Origin: Acidobacteriota bacterium | Lineage (GTDB): Bacteria > Acidobacteriota > Terriglobia > Versatilivoradales > Versatilivoraceae | Length of the DNA: 64,000 bases | Direction: 5' to 3' | Assembly: GCA_040753175.1 (NCBI GenBank) | Contig: JBFMEW010000018.1 | Location: forward strand, 31,347 to 95,346 | Part shown: positions 57,619 through 64,000 of the stretch, one piece after another | Numbering within the stretch: the stretch's first letter is position 1 | Layout of the letters: every line of letters begins with the position of its first letter | The notes under the pieces: model-generated | What the model saw: only the letters and a program-made list of their open reading frames with translations | What the model was told of the DNA's origin: nothing | Database searches by the model: none | Position numbers and translations under genes: made by a program

Positions 57619-59157
57619 ATGAAGAACATACAAAACCTTCAGCTCGAAGACTATTTCGACATCCTGAAGCGGCGGATCCTGTGGATTCTAGTTCCCGGGG
57701 TTATCATCTGGTTCATCACATTCCTATTCGCTCAGAGACTCCCGAACGTATATGTCTCGGAAACACTCATCCTGGTGGAGCCCCCCAAAGTTCCAACCGA
57801 CTATGTCAGACCGGCTTCTGTCGGAACGATCCAGAGTCGACTTTCCACTATTACCCAACAGATCATGAGTCGGACCCGACTGGAGAAAATCATCCTGGAC
57901 AACAATCTTTACGCTGAAAAGCGCCATTCCGCGTCGATGGAAGAGGTCGTGGAGAAGATGCGCAGCGATATCAGCCTCAACGTGACTAAGACGGATGCCT
58001 TCGCTCTGTCTTACCGTGCCTATGATCCGATTCTTGCCCAGAAAGTCACCAGTCAGATTGCCTCGTTATACATAGAGGAAAACCTCAAGGTCCGATCAGA
58101 GCAAACAGAGGGCGTCAGTGAATTCTTGGAATCTCAGCTGAAGGAAACGGAGTCTAAGCTTCGGGAGCAGGAAGACCGCATGCGCGAATTCAAAAGCCGT
58201 TTCATGGGCGGTCTTCCCGAACAACAGGCGGCGAATCTAGCCACCCTGAATCGGTTGCAGCTGCAGTTGCAAGCCAGCCAGGAGTCGATCTCCAGACTAC
58301 AGGATCAAAGGGCGCAACAAAAAAGGCTGATGACCGAGTATGAGAGTTTTGCGCAGCTTGGGCTTGGCGTTGAAGTGTCCGTGGCTACTTCCGCTGTACC
58401 GTCGGTGGCCGACCCTGCATCAAGGGAACTGGAAAAAAAGAAGGCAGACCGGGACGCTGCACTTTTGCGTTACACGAAAAACCACCCGGATGTAAGGAAG
58501 CTGGAAAGCGAGATCCGGATCCTCGAAGAGAGGATATCAAAGCAGCACCAGCCGGTCGACACAGCCCTCACCGACGGAATTGAGATGGACTCGGCTGGTC
58601 AGAAAATGGATCCGAACCTCTTGGAGATGCGCACACAACTACAGTCTCTAGATTTCCAGATCCAGCAGGCCAAGAAGGATCAGGACAGGATCCGCAACGA
58701 GATGGCTATCTACCAGGCTCGTGTGGACTCAGTCCCGCGACTGGAGCAACTGCAGAAAGAGATCAGCCGCGACTATGAGATGACTCAACAAAACTACCGA
58801 AGCCTCTTGGCCAAGAAAAACGAGGCAGCGATGGCGGCCAATCTGGAAAAGAGACAGAAGGGTGAGCAGTTTCGGATTCTGGATCCCGCCAGCCTGCCGG
58901 AGAAACCCTCTGAACCTAACCGGTTGAGGCTCAACCTGGCAGGTTTGGCTGCTGGTTTGGCATTCGGTCTTCTGCTCTCTTTGGTGTTGGAGTTAAGGGA
59001 TGAGTCAGTTCGAAGCGAGCGGGAAGTCGCGCAACTCACCCAGCTGCCGGTCTTAGTATCGATTCCTCTCATTGGAGAGCGACAAAGCAAAGAGACTTCC
59101 CTTTTCAGGTCTCCTTTTAGGGTCCTATCCAGCCTTTGGAGGGTTTCACCCAAGTGA
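57619..59157 (+). CDS. Polysaccharide co-polymerase / chain-length determinant (GumC/Wzc N-terminal type)
   Basis: Two TMs flanking a coiled coil, YTKNHPDV, and GEQFRILDPASLPEKPSEPNR. Confidence 0.92.
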   Translation: MKNIQNLQLEDYFDILKRRILWILVPGVIIWFITFLFAQRLPNVYVSETLILVEPPKVPTDYVRPASVGTIQSRLSTITQQIMSRTRLEKIILDNNLYAEKRHSASMEEVVEKMRSDISLNVTKTDAFALSYRAYDPILAQKVTSQIASLYIEENLKVRSEQTEGVSEFLESQLKETESKLREQEDRMREFKSRFMGGLPEQQAANLATLNRLQLQLQASQESISRLQDQRAQQKRLMTEYESFAQLGLGVEVSVATSAVPSVADPASRELEKKKADRDAALLRYTKNHPDVRKLESEIRILEERISKQHQPVDTALTDGIEMDSAGQKMDPNLLEMRTQLQSLDFQIQQAKKDQDRIRNEMAIYQARVDSVPRLEQLQKEISRDYEMTQQNYRSLLAKKNEAAMAANLEKRQKGEQFRILDPASLPEKPSEPNRLRLNLAGLAAGLAFGLLLSLVLELRDESVRSEREVAQLTQLPVLVSIPLIGERQSKETSLFRSPFRVLSSLWRVSPK

Positions 59158-59173
59158 AACCGGATGAAACACC

Positions 59174-60166
59174 ATGTATGAAGCATTCTTTCAACTTAAG
59201 GAAAAGCCTTTCAATCTGACGCCGGATCCGCGATTCATCTACTTCACAGAAAGGCACTGTGAAGCTTTGGCGAACTTGGTTTACGGAATTCGAGAGCGGA
59301 AGGGATTTTTGGTGCTCTCGGGAGAGGTTGGTACGGGGAAGACCACCCTCGTCAACGCATTACTGGACACGCTCGACCGCACAGGAGTGCTTTCCGCCTT
59401 CATCTTTAACCCTATTTTGACGAGTTCAGAGTTCTTTGAGTACCTCCTGGCCGACTTGAACCTCAAGGCGGATGTCCGGTCGAAGAGCCAATGCTTGATC
59501 AAGCTGAATGCACTATTACTGGAAAGGTATCGGGCTGGCCAGGTAACTGTACTCATTGTCGATGAAGCTCAGAACCTCAGTGCAGAGATTCTCGAGGAGA
59601 TTCGTCTTCTGACGAACCTCGAGACGGCTACCGAGAAGCTCCTTCAGATCGTCTTGGTGGGACAACCAGAGTTGAGTCTAAAACTCAACTCCCCTGAGCT
59701 CCGGCAGCTCAAGCAACGAGTTAGCCTAAGGTGCCACTTAGAGCCTCTCACTCTGTCTGAAACAAAAGAGTATATCAAGACGCGTTTAGAGATTGCTGGG
59801 CTTCCCAGTCAGCAGGTGTTTTCCGATCCCTGTATCACGGAAATTCACCGCCGCACAGGAGGGATTCCTCGGCTTATCAATACCCTTTGCGACAATTCCA
59901 TGATCACCGCTTACGCTTGTGACACGCTGACCGTCAGCCAGGAGATCATCGAGGAAGTGGCTGAGGACTTGGAGATTTTTGCGGACCACCGCGACCCCTC
60001 GGGTTTTACGAGAGGAACTCGATTCTCCGGCATGCCGCGAAACGGCCGGAACGAGGACAAGCGTGCGAGTAGCGATTTGGTGGGCGCCAGCGACGACGAT
60101 AAAGAGTCTAAGTCATTTGACCTTTTTGTTCAGTTTGTAGACAAGCTGAGAGAGCGAAATCACTAG
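59174..60166 (+). CDS. ExeA-like AAA ATPase (PEP-CTERM/XrtA EPS-locus type)
   Basis: MYEAFFQLKEKPFNLTPDP, GEVGTGKTT, VDEAQNL, LVGQPEL and GGIPRLIN. Confidence 0.9.
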   Translation: MYEAFFQLKEKPFNLTPDPRFIYFTERHCEALANLVYGIRERKGFLVLSGEVGTGKTTLVNALLDTLDRTGVLSAFIFNPILTSSEFFEYLLADLNLKADVRSKSQCLIKLNALLLERYRAGQVTVLIVDEAQNLSAEILEEIRLLTNLETATEKLLQIVLVGQPELSLKLNSPELRQLKQRVSLRCHLEPLTLSETKEYIKTRLEIAGLPSQQVFSDPCITEIHRRTGGIPRLINTLCDNSMITAYACDTLTVSQEIIEEVAEDLEIFADHRDPSGFTRGTRFSGMPRNGRNEDKRASSDLVGASDDDKESKSFDLFVQFVDKLRERNH

Positions 60167-60179
60167 GAGCCTGTAGATT

Positions 60180-61082
60180 ATGAGCAAGATTCATCAGGCC
60201 ATTCGTCGCGCGGAGAGGGAAGGGAAGCGGAATCCGCCTGAGTCGGAAAGACGACGACCGGCCTCAACTGATCCCGTTGGAACGGAACGCGGAGGCGGCA
60301 GCAAATCCATGGCTGCTGTGGTTGAAGCCGCGCTCGATGCCGAGCGTTGGCCCTCAGCAGCAGGCCCTGTGCTTCCTGAGAAAAGACAGTCTGTCGCGTT
60401 TCACCCAGATCCACGAGTGGTGGCAATTAGCGCTCCCCGATGCTACGCCAGCGAACAATATCGAGCACTGAAGGCGCGCCTGTACCAGCTTCGTGAGAAG
60501 CGGTTGCTTAAAACGATCCTCGTCACCAGCGCGGCACCCGGGGAAGGGAAGACCCTTAGTTCGGTCAACCTGGCATTGACCATCGCACAGGAGATCGAAG
60601 AAACGGTGCTCATGGTGGATGCCGACCTTCGAAAGCCAAACGTTCACAAAACCCTCGGTGTCCCAACTACCCAGGGATTGGCTGATCTTCTGAACAGCGG
60701 CTCGCGATTGGATTCCGTTCTCCACTCAACGACGATGACGAATCTATTCCTCGTTCAAGCAGGGACGGTTCCCGAGAATCCAGCCGAGTTGCTGAATTCC
60801 CAGAGCATGCGCGATTTTCTGTCGGCAGCCTCGGAACGATTCGACTGGGTGATTCTTGACTCTCCGCCTTACTTGCCCCTAGCTGATGCGGAACTGATGT
60901 CAACGATGGTAGACGGTATTTTATTTGTCGTCAGAGCTTCGCACACGCCGGCAAGTTTGGTCTCAAAATCGGCTGAAAGCCTGCGAGGCAAGAACCTGCT
61001 GGGAGTTATTTTCAACGGGAATCAGGGGCATCAGCAGTCGCAGTACTTCTACAACTACTCCTACAGTGATACGTCCGTGTAG
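60180..61082 (+). CDS. CpsD/CapB family bacterial tyrosine kinase
   Basis: VTSAAPGEGKT, VDADLRKP, ILDSPP and a C-terminal Tyr cluster YFYNYSY. Confidence 0.93.
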   Translation: MSKIHQAIRRAEREGKRNPPESERRRPASTDPVGTERGGGSKSMAAVVEAALDAERWPSAAGPVLPEKRQSVAFHPDPRVVAISAPRCYASEQYRALKARLYQLREKRLLKTILVTSAAPGEGKTLSSVNLALTIAQEIEETVLMVDADLRKPNVHKTLGVPTTQGLADLLNSGSRLDSVLHSTTMTNLFLVQAGTVPENPAELLNSQSMRDFLSAASERFDWVILDSPPYLPLADAELMSTMVDGILFVVRASHTPASLVSKSAESLRGKNLLGVIFNGNQGHQQSQYFYNYSYSDTSV

Positions 61083-61132
61083 GGAAATGAAGTCAAGAGT
61101 TTGTCTTGATTATGTGACGGGTTGCACGGCCA

Positions 61133-62527
61133 ATGCTGAGAATTTTCAACCACTATCTTTCTCCTCTGACACTTTTTCTCGTCCTTTCGGAGAACCTTCT
61201 AATCCTGGGCACGCTGTACCTATCCACACTCATCAAGCTTGGGGATATTGAACCTTCCTCTATCGCAGCACCGGCGTTTTTCTCAAGAGCACTGACGTTG
61301 GCGTTGCTCTGTCAACTGTGCCTCTATTTCCACGACTTGTATGACCTTAAGGTGGTGCGGGACAGGCGGGAACTACATGTCCGCCTCCTCCAGGCGCTGG
61401 GTGTGTGCTCGATGGTGGTGGCCATACTTTACTGGATTTTCCCTTCCTTGTTGCTCGGACAGGGTGTGTTCCTCCTTGCCGTTCTGCTTCTTCTGGTGCT
61501 GGTGAGTATCTGGCGTGTTGCCTTCAACTGGATTAGCCACCGCCGTGAATTCAAACGACCCATCCTGATCTTGGGGACGGGAAGTCTGGCGAAGAAGCTT
61601 TGCTCGGAGGTGCTTGACCGGCCCGATCTCGGGATGAGGATCTTGGGGTTTGTTTCGGACGACGTTAATCTAGTTGGCACGTCGCTCATCAACCCCAGGG
61701 TACTCGGTCACTACTCCGACTTGGCGAGAATTGTCGAGAGCGAGCGCTCCGTTCAGATCGTTGTCGCAATGGAGGAGAGCCGGGGCCGTCTACCCGTGAA
61801 AGAATTGCTCGATCTCAAAATGCGTGGGGCTTCGATTGAAGAGGGAACTGCCCTCTATGAAAGAATCACGGGAAAAATCGCGGTGGAAAATCTTCGACCA
61901 AGCTGGTTGATCTTCTCCGAGGGGTTCCGGAAATCCCGATGGGTGTTGGGACTGAAACGAGTTTCGGGAATCCTCTTGTCCCTAGTAGGGCTGATTGTGA
62001 CTGCACCGATAATGCTTGTCATTGCCGTCCTGATCAAAACCGAATCTCGTGGTCCCGTGCTTTTCAAGCAGAACCGAGTCGGCGAGAACGGCAAGATCTT
62101 TCGCCTTCTCAAATTTCGATCCATGTGGGAAGACGCAGAGGCCCTCACGGGACCCGTTTGGGCGTGCGCCGATGACCGAAGAGTGACGCGCGTCGGCCGC
62201 TGGATCAGAAGGTTGCGAATGGATGAGCTGCCACAGTTCATCAATGTGTTACGAGGCGACATGAGCTTTGTTGGACCTCGGCCCGAGCGCCCCCATTTTG
62301 TGGAGCAGCTTAGCGAACAGATTCCCTTCTACAACCAGCGGCACACAGTCAAGCCCGGCATTACCGGATGGGCACAAATCAATTTCCACTATGGCATGTC
62401 CATGGAAGATACGCTGGAGAAGCTCCAGTACGATTTGTTCTACATCAAAAACATGTCCTTTACGCTCGATCTTTCGATCATCTTTCAGACGATTAAGATT
62501 GTGCTTTCGGGACGAGGGGCGCACTAG
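61133..62527 (+). CDS. Priming polyprenyl-phosphate glycosylphosphotransferase (WcaJ-like, PEP-CTERM-associated type)
   Basis: N-terminal TMs, KFRSM, DELPQFINVLRGDMSFVGPRPERP, KPGITGWAQ and YDLFYIKN. Confidence 0.94.
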   Translation: MLRIFNHYLSPLTLFLVLSENLLILGTLYLSTLIKLGDIEPSSIAAPAFFSRALTLALLCQLCLYFHDLYDLKVVRDRRELHVRLLQALGVCSMVVAILYWIFPSLLLGQGVFLLAVLLLLVLVSIWRVAFNWISHRREFKRPILILGTGSLAKKLCSEVLDRPDLGMRILGFVSDDVNLVGTSLINPRVLGHYSDLARIVESERSVQIVVAMEESRGRLPVKELLDLKMRGASIEEGTALYERITGKIAVENLRPSWLIFSEGFRKSRWVLGLKRVSGILLSLVGLIVTAPIMLVIAVLIKTESRGPVLFKQNRVGENGKIFRLLKFRSMWEDAEALTGPVWACADDRRVTRVGRWIRRLRMDELPQFINVLRGDMSFVGPRPERPHFVEQLSEQIPFYNQRHTVKPGITGWAQINFHYGMSMEDTLEKLQYDLFYIKNMSFTLDLSIIFQTIKIVLSGRGAH

Positions 62528-62573
62528 TTAACTATCCGTTCCATCTGGAACTGGCAGCACGGAAAGGACGCTG

Positions 62574-63878
62574 ATGCACATTGCGGTGGTCGGTACCGGA
62601 TACGTAGGACTGGTAACGGGCGCTGGGCTCGCAGATTTTGGCTTAAATGTTACTTGCGTGGACGTCGAGATTGCCAAGATCGAAGCACTCAGGGAAGGCA
62701 GAATCCCCATCTATGAGATCGGATTGGAGGAGATTGTTCGACGTAACGTGACGAACAAGAGGCTTCAATTTAGCGCCGATGTTGAAGAGGGAATTAGACA
62801 ATCCTTGGTTGTCTTCATTGCTGTTGGCACGCCAGAGGGTACGGATGGCCATCCGGATCTCTCCCAGCTACAGGCCGTTGTTTCTACCATCGCGCGGGTC
62901 ATGGACGACTACAAAGTAATCGTCACCAAGAGCACGGTGCCGGTGGGAACCGGCAAGCAGATTCGTCGCTGGATCGAAGCCGAGCAACCTCAGCCGGTCA
63001 AGTTCGACATCGTCTCCAACCCCGAGTTCCTGCGAGAGGGCTCCGCGATTGAGGATTTCATGCGACCCAACCGGGTGGTGATCGGTGCAGAGAGTGAACA
63101 AGCAGCCGCCATCATCAAGGATATCTATCGGCCCCTTTACCTGATTGAAACTCCCTTCGTGGTCACGGATTTGGAAACGGCCGAGCTGATCAAATATGCT
63201 TCCAATGCCTTCTTGGCCACCAAGATTTCGTTCATCAACGAAATGGCAAATCTGTGTGAGAGGGTTGGAGCAGATATACACGACGTGGCTCGTGGAATGG
63301 GTTTGGACAAAAGGATCGGTCCAAAGTTCCTCCATGCCGGCCCTGGGTTTGGGGGATCGTGCTTCCCGAAGGACCTAGCAGCTCTCTGCAGCATCGGAAG
63401 CCGATTCGAAACCCCGATGCGGATTGCAGAGGCAGCTCTCGAGGTGAACCGAATTCAGCGAATACAAGTGGCCAACAAGATTGAGGTGGGTATGGAAGGG
63501 CTAGCGGGAAAGACACTCGGAGTTTGGGGACTGGCCTTTAAGCCCAACACTGATGATGTTCGGGAATCCCCAGCCATTGACATTTGTCAAAAGCTCCTGG
63601 AGAAGAACGCGCTCCTCCGAGCCTACGACCCAGTGGCCAACCAGAACGCCAGTCGCGCACTGCGCGACTCACGCGTCACATATTGCGACGATGCCTATGA
63701 CGCGGCGACCGGAGTGGATGGACTTCTGGTAGCAACTGAATGGAATGAGTTTAGAAACGTGGATTTGGAAAGGGTTAAGTCTTTGATGAAATTGCCGATA
63801 CTGTTTGACGTGCGCAATATCTTTGATCCTGCCAGACTCCGCATGCTTGGTTTCCGCTACTACGGGACAGGGCGCTAG
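62574..63878 (+). CDS. ugd: UDP-glucose 6-dehydrogenase
   Basis: GTGYVG, SNPEFLREG, GFGGSCFPKD and GLAFKPNTDD. Confidence 0.95.
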   Translation: MHIAVVGTGYVGLVTGAGLADFGLNVTCVDVEIAKIEALREGRIPIYEIGLEEIVRRNVTNKRLQFSADVEEGIRQSLVVFIAVGTPEGTDGHPDLSQLQAVVSTIARVMDDYKVIVTKSTVPVGTGKQIRRWIEAEQPQPVKFDIVSNPEFLREGSAIEDFMRPNRVVIGAESEQAAAIIKDIYRPLYLIETPFVVTDLETAELIKYASNAFLATKISFINEMANLCERVGADIHDVARGMGLDKRIGPKFLHAGPGFGGSCFPKDLAALCSIGSRFETPMRIAEAALEVNRIQRIQVANKIEVGMEGLAGKTLGVWGLAFKPNTDDVRESPAIDICQKLLEKNALLRAYDPVANQNASRALRDSRVTYCDDAYDAATGVDGLLVATEWNEFRNVDLERVKSLMKLPILFDVRNIFDPARLRMLGFRYYGTGR

Positions 63879-63913
63879 CCCAGCTGCAGGGGTGGATCGC
63901 CAAACCTAACCCA

Positions 63914-64000
63914 ATGTCAAACGTGACTGTATCTTCCGACAGTGTTCTATCGCGTTCAGCCGGCCAAGTTCAGTGGTACGCCGTGTACACGCGGAGCCGC
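63914..64000 (+). CDS. UpxY/NusG-family transcription antiterminator (3'-truncated; not in ORF track)
   Basis: Own translation gives MSNVTVSSDSVLSRSAGQVQWYAVYTRSR. WYAVYTRSR is typical of the start of the NGN domain of polysaccharide-locus NusG paralogs. Confidence 0.78.
   Translation, partial: MSNVTVSSDSVLSRSAGQVQWYAVYTRSR

Noticed and set aside
1-64000. CRISPR arrays, tRNA/rRNA, IS elements, prophage or defence genes
   Set aside because: No regularly spaced repeats, RNA gene signatures, transposase/integrase motifs or phage genes were seen.

Overview
64 kb of a bacterial chromosome, GC-rich by eye. Gene style and the many Tat-signal enzymes suggest Acidobacteriota, which is an inference. 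I saw no rRNA, tRNA, CRISPR array or transposase. Family names come from motif recognition by eye; no HMM or BLAST search was run. From left to right: the 3' part of ffh; a putative sigma-54 cell-envelope operon (L,D-transpeptidase, SPFH, CreD-like, DUF3142-like, large helical-repeat protein); a GH172-like enzyme; a secreted protein / orphan solute-binding protein / sensor kinase module whose sigma-54 response regulator is separated from it by a frameshifted alkD-like gene and a VOC gene; xth, a maleate-isomerase-like gene, actP-yjcH and trpB2; a block of sugar-acid and Tat-exported catabolic enzymes; accD-folC; a sulfur-assimilation locus (cysHDN divergent from a CymR-like Rrf2 gene, cysK and ssuBC-like genes); and the start of a Wzy-type, PEP-CTERM/XrtA-like exopolysaccharide locus preceded by c-di-GMP-type regulators. 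The best candidate for an undescribed system is at 50424-52978. It is a four-gene RiPP-like cassette with a sigma-54 promoter motif: a 72-aa precursor-like peptide, a PqqD/RRE protein, an HPr-kinase-like kinase and a nucleotidyltransferase. It has no lasso cyclase or leader peptidase and sits directly upstream of the EPS genes.
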